Source: Capsulimonadaceae bacterium
GTDB lineage: Bacteria > Armatimonadota > Armatimonadia > Armatimonadales > Capsulimonadaceae
Assembly (NCBI GenBank): GCA_965215505.1
Contig: OZ244065.1
Location: forward strand, 5,664,001 to 5,728,000
DNA length: 64,000 bases
Direction: 5' to 3'
In this document: positions 30,738 to 42,797 of the stretch, in pieces
Numbering within the stretch: position 1 is the first letter of the stretch
Layout: each line of letters starts with the position of its first letter
The notes under the pieces: model-generated
The model's database searches: none
What the model was told of the DNA's origin: nothing
Seen by the model: only the letters and a program-made list of their open reading frames with translations
Position numbers and translations under genes: made by a program

Positions 30738-30804
30738 GGATAAGCCCGAATATCGGGAGGCTCGCCAGCATGGGAACCTGATGCCGACGATTTTTGTTAG
30801 ATGA

Positions 30805-30834
30805 GTTGACAGCGACACGCTCATATGCAATACT
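30805..30834 (+). promoter_or_regulatory. dnaJ-hspR-clp promoter with HspR-like operator
   Basis: TTGACA(30806)-17-AATACT(30829) with TG extension; GTTGACA-N7-GCTCATA like the dnaK site. Confidence 0.72.
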
Positions 30835-30874
30835 AGAGCCGTTGGGAAGTCACTTGCGAGGGGAAGCACAGACC

Positions 30875-32032
30875 ATGGCCGTTGACTACAAAGATTATTA
30901 CAAGATTTTGGGGTTGCCGAAAACGGCCACTGACAAGGAGATCAAGGCGGCTTACCGGAAACTCGCGCGCCAGTTCCACCCGGACGTGAACCCCGGCGAC
31001 AAGAGCGCGGAGGACAAGTTCAAAAACGTGGGTGAGGCCTACGAGGTGCTTTCCGACGCAGACAAGCGCGCGAAATATGACCAGTTCGGGGACGAATGGA
31101 AGTCGTACAGCCAGGGTGCCCCGACCGGGGCCGGGCCGGGGGGCTATCGCGGCGGCGTCCGGACCGAGTACGACTTCGGCGGCGCGGGCGGCGGCGCGGG
31201 CATTGACGATTTCCTGTCCTCATTGTTCGGCGGCGCGGCAGGCGGCGGGCAGGCGGGCGGGCCGGGGGCCGGCTTCGGCGGCTTCAGCAGCGGGCGGCCC
31301 GCCGCCCGGTCCGCGCGGCAGCCGTCGCTTCAGGAGGTCGAGCAGACGGCCGAGATCAGCCTGGAGGAAGCCTACAAAGGCACCAGCAAGAGCTTCACCG
31401 TCAGCATCCCCGAGACGTGCGGCCGGTGCGGCGGGGCCGGGGCGGTCTCGGCCGGCAAGGGGCGGCCCTGCCCGACGTGTGCCGGCAGCGGCAAGGTCAA
31501 GGGCGGGCGCAACATGTTCGGCAACAGCATCTGCCCGCAGTGCGGCGGGACGGGCGAAGCCACAAACGTCTGCCCGGACTGCCGCGGGGAGGGGACGGTC
31601 ACCAAGCCGCGCCGCATCTCCGACGTCAAAATCCCCGCCGGGGTGGCCGACGGCCAGCGCATCCGGCTGGCGGGGCAGGGGGCGGGCGGCGGCGACCTGT
31701 TCCTGAAGATCAAGGTCAGGCCGAACGCGCAGTATGAGCGCAGCGGCGACGACTTGAAGACGGATTTCGCCGTGCCGTACACTGTGGCCGCTCTTGGCGG
31801 GGAGGCGTCCGTCGAGACGTTCACCGGCCGCAAGACGCTGAACGTGCCGCCGGGCACGCAGAGCGGGCAGTCGTTCCGGCTGACGGGGCAGGGGATGCCC
31901 AGGCTCAAGGGGGGCGGAGCGGGCGACCTGTACGCGCGCGTAAAGATGACGGTCCCCAAGGACCTCTCGCCGCGCGAGCGGGATCTGCTGACGGAGCTTG
32001 CCAAGCTGCGGTCGGACGGCGTGAAGGTGTAG
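30875..32032 (+). CDS. dnaJ: DnaJ co-chaperone
   Basis: DYYKILG, HPD motif, G/F-rich linker, four CxxCxGxG repeats, C-terminal domain. Confidence 0.96.
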   Translation: MAVDYKDYYKILGLPKTATDKEIKAAYRKLARQFHPDVNPGDKSAEDKFKNVGEAYEVLSDADKRAKYDQFGDEWKSYSQGAPTGAGPGGYRGGVRTEYDFGGAGGGAGIDDFLSSLFGGAAGGGQAGGPGAGFGGFSSGRPAARSARQPSLQEVEQTAEISLEEAYKGTSKSFTVSIPETCGRCGGAGAVSAGKGRPCPTCAGSGKVKGGRNMFGNSICPQCGGTGEATNVCPDCRGEGTVTKPRRISDVKIPAGVADGQRIRLAGQGAGGGDLFLKIKVRPNAQYERSGDDLKTDFAVPYTVAALGGEASVETFTGRKTLNVPPGTQSGQSFRLTGQGMPRLKGGGAGDLYARVKMTVPKDLSPRERDLLTELAKLRSDGVKV

Positions 32033-32043
32033 GAGTCAACATC

Positions 32044-32463
32044 ATGGCATTCGTGAAAGACAGGGACGAGCCGATCTATACCATCAGCATCGCCGCCAAG
32101 CTGGTCCGCCCCATGACGCGGGCCGCCAGCGGCGCGGAGGCCGCAAAGCCCATCCACGCCCAGACGCTCCGGATGTACGACCGGCTGGGGCTGGTCAAGC
32201 CCCGCAAGGTCGGCAAGAACCGCTTCTACTCCGACCGGGACATCGAGCGGCTCCAGCAGATCCAGCATCTGACCCAGGACATCAAGGTCAACCTCAGCGG
32301 CGTCGCCTACATCATCTCGCTCCTGGACCAGATGGGCCGGATGGAGATGCTGGGCGAGCGGCTGGAGGCCATGCTGCGCGAGGCGGAGCAGCAGGCCGGG
32401 CAGATCGAGCAGAAGCGTTCCGCCGCACGCGCAGAGAGCGACACCGAGGCAGAAGAGGAGTGA
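32044..32463 (+). CDS. hspR: MerR-family heat-shock repressor HspR
   Basis: DEPIYTISIAAKLV..HAQTLRMYDRLGLVKP..RFYSDRDIERL..LTQD..VNLSGV; directly after dnaJ. Confidence 0.85.
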   Translation: MAFVKDRDEPIYTISIAAKLVRPMTRAASGAEAAKPIHAQTLRMYDRLGLVKPRKVGKNRFYSDRDIERLQQIQHLTQDIKVNLSGVAYIISLLDQMGRMEMLGERLEAMLREAEQQAGQIEQKRSAARAESDTEAEEE

Positions 32464-32468
32464 TCCCC

Positions 32469-34919
<2,451 letters not shown>

Positions 34920-34924
34920 CAAGC

Positions 34925-34955
34925 AAAGGGGCAGCCGGAAGGCCGCCCCTTTTTT
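34925..34955 (+). terminator. Intrinsic terminator after clp gene
   Basis: AAAGGGGCAGCC-ggaa-GGCCGCCCCTTTTTT. Confidence 0.8.
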
Positions 34956-35005
34956 GTCTGCGACAGGTATAATCCTCCCATATATGGTAACGGAAACGGA
35001 GTGTG

Positions 35006-35316
35006 TGACGATTGACAATCAGCTACGCCTCGTACTCTTCGGCCTGGAGTGTGCGCTTGATGTGGAGTTTTCGCCTGCCGTCGTTGAACAGATTCTTTCC
35101 GATTATTCGAGCGATCATGTCTCCATTGAGGTGAAGTGGTACACGCTCTGGGCGGGGCCGCGTCTAAAGGTGACTGGGCGTGTGAAAGATTATGAGCCTG
35201 GAGACATATGGCTCACCGTGGGAGGCCGAAATCAGCTAAAGCCGCCGCTGGCCGCCATCACCGAGAGAGCGAAGTACCAGGCTTACAGACTGGAGCGGTG
35301 CCAGGAACCAGAATGA
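35006..35316 (+). CDS. Hypothetical protein (start uncertain)
   Basis: ORF after GGTATAAT and GGAG; stop overlaps next start (ATGA). Confidence 0.5.
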
Positions 35317-35642
35317 TCACCCCGAGTCAAATCCATCAAGTCAGTGACGAGATCGCGCGCCGGTTCCAGCCGGAGCGCATCATCCTGTTCGGCTCCTACG
35401 CCTACGGCACGCCTACCGAAGACTCGGACGTGGACCTCCTGGTCGTCATGCCGTTGCCGGACAAGGGGCGGGGTAGGGCCTCGGACATCCGGCCATATCT
35501 GGATGTCACCTTCCCGCTCGATCTTGTTGTCTGCGACCCGGAATATCTAGAGCAGCGGATCGCCATGAACGATTTTTTCCTGCGCGAAATCGCGGAGAGG
35601 GGCAAGGTACTTCATGCAAGCGATTACGCAGCAGTGGGTTAA
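35313..35642 (+). CDS. Minimal nucleotidyltransferase (MNT), copy 1
   Basis: IILFGSYAYGTPTEDSDVDLLVVM; EIAERGKVL. Confidence 0.92.
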   Translation: MITPSQIHQVSDEIARRFQPERIILFGSYAYGTPTEDSDVDLLVVMPLPDKGRGRASDIRPYLDVTFPLDLVVCDPEYLEQRIAMNDFFLREIAERGKVLHASDYAAVG

Positions 35643-36000
35643 GAAAGCTGAAGGAGACTGGGTCAGCATGGGCCGTGAGGGGCTGGCGCAGAATGATCCC
35701 AACTACGACCTCACCTGCTACCTAGCGCAGCAGTGCGCCGAGAAGTATCTGAAAGCGCGGCTGCAAGAAGCCAATTTGGCCTTCCCTAAAACACACAACC
35801 TGCTCGCTCTGCTGGCCCTCATCCTACCCATTGAGCCGTCCTGGAACGTGTTGCAGGCGGCACTCACCAAGCTTGACGACTACAGCGTGGAGTTCCGCTA
35901 TCCTGGCCGCGACGCCACTGCCATGGACGCGCAGGACGCACAGCAGTTTTGCCGCATCGTGCGTGAAGTCGCCCGCCGAAGCTTCGGTCTGCCAACATGA
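35614..36000 (+). CDS. HEPN domain protein, copy 1
   Basis: WVKKAEGD, CYLAQQCAEKYLKA, KTHNL, FRYPG. Confidence 0.92.
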   Translation: MQAITQQWVKKAEGDWVSMGREGLAQNDPNYDLTCYLAQQCAEKYLKARLQEANLAFPKTHNLLALLALILPIEPSWNVLQAALTKLDDYSVEFRYPGRDATAMDAQDAQQFCRIVREVARRSFGLPT

Positions 36001-36326
36001 TAGACGCCGCCCAAATCTATCAGGTCAGCGAGGAGATCGCGCGCCGGTTCCAGCCGGAGCGCATCATCCTGTTTGGTTCCTATGCTTATGGGACGCCCAA
36101 TGAAGACTCCGACGTAGACCTCTTGGTCATCATGCCCTTTGAAGGGAGAACGGCAAAGCAAGCGGTTGAGATTCGAGGTGCCGTTTATGCTGGTTTCGCG
36201 ATGGACCTAATACCTATTACGCCGGAGAAGCTTAAGTACCGTCTGGAAATCAATGACTTCTTTTTGCGGGAGGTTGTCGAGAAAGGGAAGGTCCTTTATG
36301 ATGCCAGCCACGCAGGAGTGGGTTGA
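35997..36326 (+). CDS. Minimal nucleotidyltransferase (MNT), copy 2
   Basis: IILFGSYAYGTPNEDSDVDLLVIM; EVVEKGKVLY. Confidence 0.92.
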   Translation: MIDAAQIYQVSEEIARRFQPERIILFGSYAYGTPNEDSDVDLLVIMPFEGRTAKQAVEIRGAVYAGFAMDLIPITPEKLKYRLEINDFFLREVVEKGKVLYDASHAGVG

Positions 36327-36681
36327 CCGAGCTGAGGACTGGGATATCGCCGGCTTGACGTTCCGCTCACGCAAAACACCCCGCTATAACGGGTGCTGCT
36401 TCCACGCCCAGCAGTGTGCGGAAAAGTATCTCAAGGCACAACTTCAAGAGGAGATTTTAACCATCCCCAAGATACATGACTTAGGAAGGTTACTCGATCT
36501 GCTGCTCCCGGCTCATCCGCTGTGGGCCGCGATGCGTCCTACACTCGACCTGCTGACCGTTTATGCAGTCGCAATCCGTTACCCAGGCGACTCCGCTGAT
36601 AAAGAGGAGGCACGGGAGGCGATGAAACTCTGCCGTGGTGTACGGCACGAATTGCGGCTCAGTCTTGGGTTACCGGTTTGA
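36298..36681 (+). CDS. HEPN domain protein, copy 2
   Basis: CFHAQQCAEKYLKA, KIHDL, IRYPG. Confidence 0.9.
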   Translation: MMPATQEWVDRAEDWDIAGLTFRSRKTPRYNGCCFHAQQCAEKYLKAQLQEEILTIPKIHDLGRLLDLLLPAHPLWAAMRPTLDLLTVYAVAIRYPGDSADKEEAREAMKLCRGVRHELRLSLGLPV

Positions 36682-36694
36682 TGGTAGCCAACGT

Positions 36695-37864
36695 ATGAGA
36701 GTGCGGTGGTCGGGCGCGTTCTGGGTCATCCTAGCGATACCCTGGATGATTGGGACTTGCCGCGCCGATAGCCCCCCTCCCCCGCGCGCCGTCATCCTGC
36801 CGAGCGCCGCGTCATCCGGCTTCCCCACTGTAGACCGCATCACCCTCGTCTACTACCCTGCCACGACGAATTCTCAGCCGATGCCCGCCGTCGTCGTCCT
36901 GCCGCCGAGTGGGGGGAGCGCGCGGGACCCCATCCTGCGGCGGCTGGCACGGCACCTCGCCGGGCGGGGAATCGCCTGCGCCGTCATGGACCTGCCCTAT
37001 CACGGCTACCGGCAGCGGCGTAATGTCGCACCCGCCGCGCCGTATTTAGAGGGCAGCGTCGCGTCTTCGGTGCAGGCATTGGGGCAGGCCGCTTCCGATG
37101 TCCATACCGTCACGTCCTGGCTGTCCGTGCAGCCCGGTGTGGACCCGCACCGTCTGGGCATCGTCGGAATCAGTTTGGGCGCAATCGTGGCGCATCTGGC
37201 AATGGGGGAGGATGACCGGCTGACGGCGGGCGTCGCCGTCGTGGGTGGGGGAGATTTACCCGATCTGTCCCGGACGAGCGCCCTGGTCCGGCTCCTGCGG
37301 CGGCTCTACTCCCAGCCCCTGGACCCGGCGACATTGGGCGGGCTGCGCGTCGTGGACCCTTTGACCTACGCCGCCCGCAACCGGCCGCGCCGCGTCCTGA
37401 TGATCGAGGCCGCCCGCGACTCACTTGTCCCGCCGCGCGACGCGACCGAGCTGTGGGAGGCCCTGGGCAGGCCGCCGATCCAGTGGCTGGACGTGAACCA
37501 CTTCGCCCTCGGCCTGACGCCTGAACCCGCCTTCCGGGCCGCTTCGGCTTACCTCTGGTCCGTCTGGGACGGACGACCCGCCACCAGCGGCGATGCCTTG
37601 CCGCAGGCCGCCGCGCCCACCCTCAAGTTCGGCCTGCTGGCGCAGTGGGGGCGGCCCGTCACGCCCTCCGTCCAGTGGCAGTTCTTCACGTTCGCCCACC
37701 GCCGCGATCACGTCTCCCTGCTTCATGCCGACCTCGGCCTGACCGGGCGCGGCCTCTTCCTCGGCCTTGGCGCGACCGTGACGCCCTTCGTGGATGCCGG
37801 CGTCTCGCCACGCTTCGACGGTCGCGGCGTCCGCCCCTACGTCGCCTTCCATGTCGTGCTGTGA
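36695..37864 (+). CDS. Secreted alpha/beta hydrolase
   Basis: Signal-like N-terminus; DLPYHG.R, GIVGISLG nucleophile elbow, RDSLVP, VNH. Confidence 0.8.
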   Translation: MRVRWSGAFWVILAIPWMIGTCRADSPPPPRAVILPSAASSGFPTVDRITLVYYPATTNSQPMPAVVVLPPSGGSARDPILRRLARHLAGRGIACAVMDLPYHGYRQRRNVAPAAPYLEGSVASSVQALGQAASDVHTVTSWLSVQPGVDPHRLGIVGISLGAIVAHLAMGEDDRLTAGVAVVGGGDLPDLSRTSALVRLLRRLYSQPLDPATLGGLRVVDPLTYAARNRPRRVLMIEAARDSLVPPRDATELWEALGRPPIQWLDVNHFALGLTPEPAFRAASAYLWSVWDGRPATSGDALPQAAAPTLKFGLLAQWGRPVTPSVQWQFFTFAHRRDHVSLLHADLGLTGRGLFLGLGATVTPFVDAGVSPRFDGRGVRPYVAFHVVL

Positions 37865-37876
37865 CGCCGATCAGGC

Positions 37877-39055
37877 TTACTCTCCTGCGGCGTCAGCAGG
37901 CAACGGATTCTCTTGCAGGGCCTTCTGAGCCAGTTTCTTGTAAAGCTCATCGTCGAGTGTCAGCACCTTCTCCCAGGCTTGCCGCGCCCTACTGACATCG
38001 CCTAGGTTGTTGAGGGATTGTCCCAGGAAATAGAAAGGTTGTCCCCAATTTGGCATCTGCTCCACTGCTTTCTGAAACCACTCCGCAGCAGGAGCGTAGT
38101 CTTTGGCCTGCCAATAGACGCTGCCGATGTTGTAAAGAAGCCACTTCTCCGAGTAGCCCAGTTCGTTTGCTTTGGCATAGGCGTTGAGGGCATCTTCAGG
38201 CCGTTGCGCTACCTGATAGGCGTACCCCAGATGAAAGAACGTGGTACTGTTTTCGGGCTGATACTGAGCGAGTCGCTCAAACTCCGTAACAAGGGCGGCT
38301 TTATCCCCTTTGTCCTTTAGAGCGAGGAAAAGCTTACCAACCTCTTTATCCCTGCTTGGAACGACGCTGTCATCCGTCGGTAGTTCCAGAACGCGGCAGG
38401 CGGTATATCGATTTTCCTCCGGCACGGAGGCCACCCATTCCTCAAGACTGCTTGCCTTGATGATGGAGAACATGTCGTGGACACCTACTGCCTTTTCCAG
38501 CGCGTAGCCGATTCGCGCCAGGCTTTCAGTAAATTCCGGTGAATAGACAGGCTCGCCTGACAGAACATATCGCCGCGTACCCTGATCTGAATCCCGCAAC
38601 AGATCCATGTCAGCCTTGCCTTCGGTCGCTAGCCAGTTCTTCCTAATGCGCTCCGCATAGTCTTGAAAACCTTGGTTGAACAAAAATCCGCGCGAGGTGT
38701 AGGTTGCCATTAACTCATTTATCCATAGTTCGCGAGCGAGTCCATTCCGTCCCGCAGTCACACGATGGTACATCTCGTGCGCGATAATCTCACAAAGCTG
38801 CTCCTTCGATGTCACCTGATTGGATATGGTGATCATATGGACGCCCAGGGTAAGGCAGTGGAAAGAACGCTCACCTTGAGCTACCTTGTAGGCCCTCTTC
38901 GGGTCCAACGGAGGGCCGAAAAAACGAACGCAGCAGCGATACGCTTCGTCGGCGTACTGATCTACAACGGCCGCTATCTCTGGTGGGAAGGCTGTGGAAA
39001 CAGAATACTCTCTGGCGCGCTGCAATACTCCGCGCCAATGCCGGAAAAGTGACAT
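37877..39055 (-). CDS. HExxH-domain protein with C-terminal TPR repeats
   Basis: IIAHEMYH..WINELMA; TPR-like FFHLGYAY, LYNIGSVY, FYFLGQSL; AT-richer codons. Confidence 0.78.
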   Translation of the reverse strand: MSLFRHWRGVLQRAREYSVSTAFPPEIAAVVDQYADEAYRCCVRFFGPPLDPKRAYKVAQGERSFHCLTLGVHMITISNQVTSKEQLCEIIAHEMYHRVTAGRNGLARELWINELMATYTSRGFLFNQGFQDYAERIRKNWLATEGKADMDLLRDSDQGTRRYVLSGEPVYSPEFTESLARIGYALEKAVGVHDMFSIIKASSLEEWVASVPEENRYTACRVLELPTDDSVVPSRDKEVGKLFLALKDKGDKAALVTEFERLAQYQPENSTTFFHLGYAYQVAQRPEDALNAYAKANELGYSEKWLLYNIGSVYWQAKDYAPAAEWFQKAVEQMPNWGQPFYFLGQSLNNLGDVSRARQAWEKVLTLDDELYKKLAQKALQENPLPADAAGE

Positions 39056-39063
39056 GGCCGCTC

Positions 39064-40032
39064 CTACTTCTCGTCCATCACGACCTTCGCCATCACGTCG
39101 CCGACGGCTTTGAGGCTCTGGGGGCTGCACTTGTCCGCCGTGTCCTCCAGCGTGTGCCAATAGGGGTAGTCGAAGTCAATGAGGTCAATGGCGGGGATGC
39201 CGTTGTTGTTGAAGGCGACGTGGTCGTCGCCGATGCCCCCCTGGAGGCTGTCGGGGAACTGCGCCGAATAACCCAGCGCGGCGGCGGCCGACCAGACCTT
39301 GTCGTTGAGTTCCGGGTGCTGCCCCTGCGAGCCAAGCTCGCGGTGGATCATCAGGTCCTTCTGACCGATCATGTCCAGCAGGATGGCATAATCGGGCTTG
39401 TAGACGCCCGGACGCGCGGCAAAGTAGCGCGCGCCGAGGTACATCTTGTTCTCGCCCGGCCCCCAGTCCTCGCCGTCCACGAACAGCAGGATGACGCCCA
39501 CGGTGGGCCGCTTGGCGTGGAAGACGCGCGCCAGTTCCAGCAGCGTCGCCACGCCCGAAGCGCCGTCATCCGCACCCATGATGGGCTTGTCCTTGTGCTC
39601 CAAATCCTGGTCCGCCGTCGGGCGCGTGTCCCAGTGGGTGAACAGCAGGACCTTCTTGGTGGCGGCCGGGTTGATGACGCCGATGATGTTGGTCAGGTGC
39701 AGGGTCACGTTCCGGTCACTATCGCGGTAGGGGAACGCCTGCGTGTCGGCCTTGTCCACATACGGCTTGAGCTGCTGGAGGATGTAGTCTTTGCACTTCT
39801 CGTGGGCCGCCGAGCCGGGCGGGCGGACGCCGAGGTCGCACTGTGCTTTGAGCATGCCGTAGGCACGGTCGCCGTCAAAGGCGGAACGGACGGCGAGCGG
39901 GGCCGGTGCCGGGGCGGGCGGCGGAGGGGAAGGCTCGGCTTGGGAGTTCGTCCGGCAGCCCGCCGTGAGCAGGAGGGCCGAAAGGGAGAGGAACGAAAGC
40001 AGGGCGGGGCGGCGGTGAAGGGTGGTTGTCAC
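39064..40032 (-). CDS. M28 family peptidase / glutaminyl cyclase-like lipoprotein
   Basis: Lipobox LTAGC; THWDTRP, GADDGASG, DGEDWG, LLDMIG, DDH, YWHT..D. Confidence 0.9.
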   Translation of the reverse strand: MTTTLHRRPALLSFLSLSALLLTAGCRTNSQAEPSPPPPAPAPAPLAVRSAFDGDRAYGMLKAQCDLGVRPPGSAAHEKCKDYILQQLKPYVDKADTQAFPYRDSDRNVTLHLTNIIGVINPAATKKVLLFTHWDTRPTADQDLEHKDKPIMGADDGASGVATLLELARVFHAKRPTVGVILLFVDGEDWGPGENKMYLGARYFAARPGVYKPDYAILLDMIGQKDLMIHRELGSQGQHPELNDKVWSAAAALGYSAQFPDSLQGGIGDDHVAFNNNGIPAIDLIDFDYPYWHTLEDTADKCSPQSLKAVGDVMAKVVMDEK

Positions 40033-40104
40033 GGGTGTTCTCGCGGGCCGCATCGGCGGCGTGGGGTTCAAAGAAAAGGCGGCAGAAAAAGAAGACGGCA
40101 GAAA

Positions 40105-40129
40105 GAGGGCAGGGGGACCCTGCCCCTAC
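40105..40129 (-). repeat. GTAG-type REP
   Basis: Minus strand GTAGGGGCAGGGTCCCCCTGCCCTC. Confidence 0.7.
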
Positions 40130-40139
40130 GGGATGGGCG

Positions 40140-40829
40140 TCACTTCGTCGCGACGCGGCCCTCGACGGCGTTGCTGATCGTCTTGTGGGCGCTCAGATAG
40201 TCGCCCAGGCTCTTGGCGACCGAAACTCCGGTGTCGTCCGCGATGTCCTTCTGGTTCCAGATTTGGAAGTAGCCCAGGCTGCCGCCCGCGATGGGGCGCG
40301 TCGTGGCGACCCGGTAGGTCTTGCCCGCGTCTACGGCGCTCCCGTCCACTTCGACCGAGGACACGCGCTTGCCCTCCGACTGGCTCGGGCTGTAGCGCAT
40401 CTGGAGGCCCGACACCTGCAAGAACCCGTCGAAGGGCTGCGGCGCGCGGGAGACGGAACGCTCGGCGACTTTCAGGAGCTGTGCCCCGGTCAGGCTCAGG
40501 ACGACCACCGTATCGCTCGGGTCATCGGCGTAGCGCAAGGTGCCGACGATGGCGCTCGGCTCGGTCTTGCCTGCCGCCACTAAAGCCTTGCCGTTGATCT
40601 CGTCGGCGGGGACCAGGCCGACCTGCGCCTTCCCCGTCGCCCGGACGGCGTCCGCGACCAGGTCACCCAGGTTCGTCTCGCCTGCCGCCACTCCCGACCC
40701 GGAGAGGGCTGTCTGCACCTGCACGGGGTCCTTGCCGTTCTTGTCCTTCATGGCCGACGGCGCGGCAGGCGCGGCGGCGGTCAGGACCGCCAGGGCCATT
40801 CCAAAAAAGATGATCACGGGCGTTTTCAT
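40140..40829 (-). CDS. Secreted 5'-nucleotidase C-terminal-domain-only protein
   Basis: GETNLGDLVADA, LTGAQL..ERSV, GFLQVSGL, YRVAT, GGSLGY. Confidence 0.8.
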   Translation of the reverse strand: MKTPVIIFFGMALAVLTAAAPAAPSAMKDKNGKDPVQVQTALSGSGVAAGETNLGDLVADAVRATGKAQVGLVPADEINGKALVAAGKTEPSAIVGTLRYADDPSDTVVVLSLTGAQLLKVAERSVSRAPQPFDGFLQVSGLQMRYSPSQSEGKRVSSVEVDGSAVDAGKTYRVATTRPIAGGSLGYFQIWNQKDIADDTGVSVAKSLGDYLSAHKTISNAVEGRVATK

Positions 40830-40833
40830 GGTG

Positions 40834-41946
40834 TCAGGCGTCCTGGTGTTTCTGTCCCTGCTGCCAGCGCAGGAACTCGTCAATGAAGTCGTCGAACTCG
40901 CCGTTCATCACGCGCTGGATGTCGCCGGTCTTGTGCCCGGTCCGGTCGTCGGTCACGCGCGTCTCCGGGTTGAAAAAGTAGTTGCGGATCTGGTGCCCGA
41001 AGGCGATGTCCTGGCGGTCCCCGCGCAGGCCGTCGATCCCCGCCCGCTGCTCCTGCCGCGCGATCTCCAGCAGCCGGGCCTTCAAGGTCCGCAGGGCGCG
41101 CTCGTAGTTCTGGAGCTGGGAACGCTGGTCCTGGCAGGTCACGACGATGCCGGTCGGTAGGTGCGTCAGCCGCACCGCCGTCTCGTTCTTCTGGACGTTC
41201 TGGCCGCCCGCGCCCCGGCTCAGGGTGTGTTCGCGCTTCAGGTCCTTCAGCGGGATCTCGGTCTCCTCCACCTCGGCAACCTCGGGGACGACGTCCACGC
41301 CCGCGAACGAAGTCTCCCGCGTCTTGTTGAAAGGTGAGATACGCACCAGCCGGTGGACGCCCCGCTCCCCTTGCAGCAGCCCGTAGGCGTTCTTGCCCTC
41401 GATGCGAAGCGACGTACTCTTCAGCCCCGCGACGTCGCCCTCCACCTCGTCCATCAGCTCGGCCTTGAACCCGTGCCGGTCCGCCCAGCGCAGGTACATC
41501 CGCTGCAAGAGCGACGTCCAGTCGTTGGCGTCCGCGCCGCCCGCGCCCGCGTTGATTTCGAGGATGGCCGGTGCGCCGTCGTGCGGCCCGGAAAGCAGCG
41601 TCTCGACTTCCAGCTTGTCCAGCGCCCCCATGATGCCCGAAAGCTCCCCTTGCAATTCCGGGGCGTAGACATCCGGGTCGTCCTCCATCTCGGCAAGCTC
41701 GGCCAGGGTCCGGGCGTCGTCCACGCGCTTGCGGACGGCCTGCCACGGGTCCAGGCTCTCTTTGAGCGAGTTCAGCCGCTGCATCTGCACCTGCGCGCCC
41801 GCCGGGTCGTCCCAGAAACCGGGGTCTGAGGCCGCCGCTTCCAGCGTCCCGATCTCGCGTGTGCGCCCGTCCAGGTCCAGCGGCTTGCTCAGGGCGTCCA
41901 GCCTCGCTTCCGCCCCTTCTATCTCTTTGACGACTTCTTCCAGCAC
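40834..41946 (-). CDS. prfB: Peptide chain release factor 2
   Basis: FWDDP, AGAGG.DA.DW...L.RMY.RW, GVHRLVRISPF, GAGGQ, RSQLQN, QIRNY. Confidence 0.9.
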   Translation of the reverse strand: MLEEVVKEIEGAEARLDALSKPLDLDGRTREIGTLEAAASDPGFWDDPAGAQVQMQRLNSLKESLDPWQAVRKRVDDARTLAELAEMEDDPDVYAPELQGELSGIMGALDKLEVETLLSGPHDGAPAILEINAGAGGADANDWTSLLQRMYLRWADRHGFKAELMDEVEGDVAGLKSTSLRIEGKNAYGLLQGERGVHRLVRISPFNKTRETSFAGVDVVPEVAEVEETEIPLKDLKREHTLSRGAGGQNVQKNETAVRLTHLPTGIVVTCQDQRSQLQNYERALRTLKARLLEIARQEQRAGIDGLRGDRQDIAFGHQIRNYFFNPETRVTDDRTGHKTGDIQRVMNGEFDDFIDEFLRWQQGQKHQDA

Positions 41947-42039
41947 TTCGTTCCCTCTGCTCTTAGTATACCACATGCCCCAATGCCTGCCGCGCCGGGT
42001 ATCATGGTGCTTGGTGAAACGGGGCGGGAAGGGGGGAGC

Positions 42040-42666
42040 ATGGAAACGACGGCGGCCTTGGAGCGTATGGCAGAGCGGGGGGACGCCCGCGCTCATTTTA
42101 ACTTGGGCTACCGGCTCGCCTACGGCAGAAATTGTCCGCGCCCGACGGACTGGCCCGCCGTCGCCGCGCACTGGCGGGCGGCAGCGGAGGCGGGACATGC
42201 GCGGGCGCAGTTCTACCTCGGCGTCTGCTATGAACACGGGTGCGGCGTCCCCCAGAGCATGAAGGTTGCCCTTGCTTGGTGGGAGGCGGCGGCTCATAGG
42301 GGCCACGAGTCGGCGGCCTACAACCTCGCCTTCAGCTACCGCGAAGGCGACGGCGTCGAGCAGAACGATGGGATGATGCTGCACTGGCTGGAGAAGGCCG
42401 TCAAGTTCGGTTCCTTTGACGCGCAGCGCGACCTGGGCGTCTGCTACCACGAGGGCCGGGGCGTCACCATGGACGACGTCAAAGCCGTCTTCTGGTACAA
42501 GAAGGCAGCGGAGGGAGGCGACCGAAAGGCCATGTACAATCTGGGCCTGTGCTACGCGGCGGGCACCGGCGTCGCCGCCTCGCCGCGCTGGGCGCGCTTC
42601 TGGTTCGGCAAGGCCGCCGCGCTGGGCCACCGGACGGCACGAGCGCGGCTGAGGCGGATGGGCTGA
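42040..42666 (+). CDS. Sel1-like repeat protein
   Basis: Repeated AQFYLGVCYEHG.GV / AMYNLGLCYAAG.GV / W..KAA..G units. Confidence 0.9.
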   Translation: METTAALERMAERGDARAHFNLGYRLAYGRNCPRPTDWPAVAAHWRAAAEAGHARAQFYLGVCYEHGCGVPQSMKVALAWWEAAAHRGHESAAYNLAFSYREGDGVEQNDGMMLHWLEKAVKFGSFDAQRDLGVCYHEGRGVTMDDVKAVFWYKKAAEGGDRKAMYNLGLCYAAGTGVAASPRWARFWFGKAAALGHRTARARLRRMG

Positions 42667-42688
42667 TTAGGGCGTCAGGGAAGGGAAG

Positions 42689-42757
42689 GAGGGCAGGGGA
42701 ACCCTGGCCTTACGGCATTCGGATCGATCCGCGTAGGGGCGGGGTCCCCCCGCCCTC
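42689..42757. repeat. GTAG-type REP pair between convergent genes
   Basis: GAGGGCAGGGGAACCCTGGCCTTAC and GTAGGGGCGGGGTCCCCCCGCCCTC. Confidence 0.72.
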
Positions 42758-42797
42758 CTCCTTGCCCTCTTTCCTTGCCCTTCCTACCGCCCTCCGC

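Noticed and set aside
41947-42630. N-terminal extension of prfB in the ORF track (598 aa)
   Set aside because: It overlaps the Sel1 gene on the other strand; RF2 similarity begins at GTG 41946.
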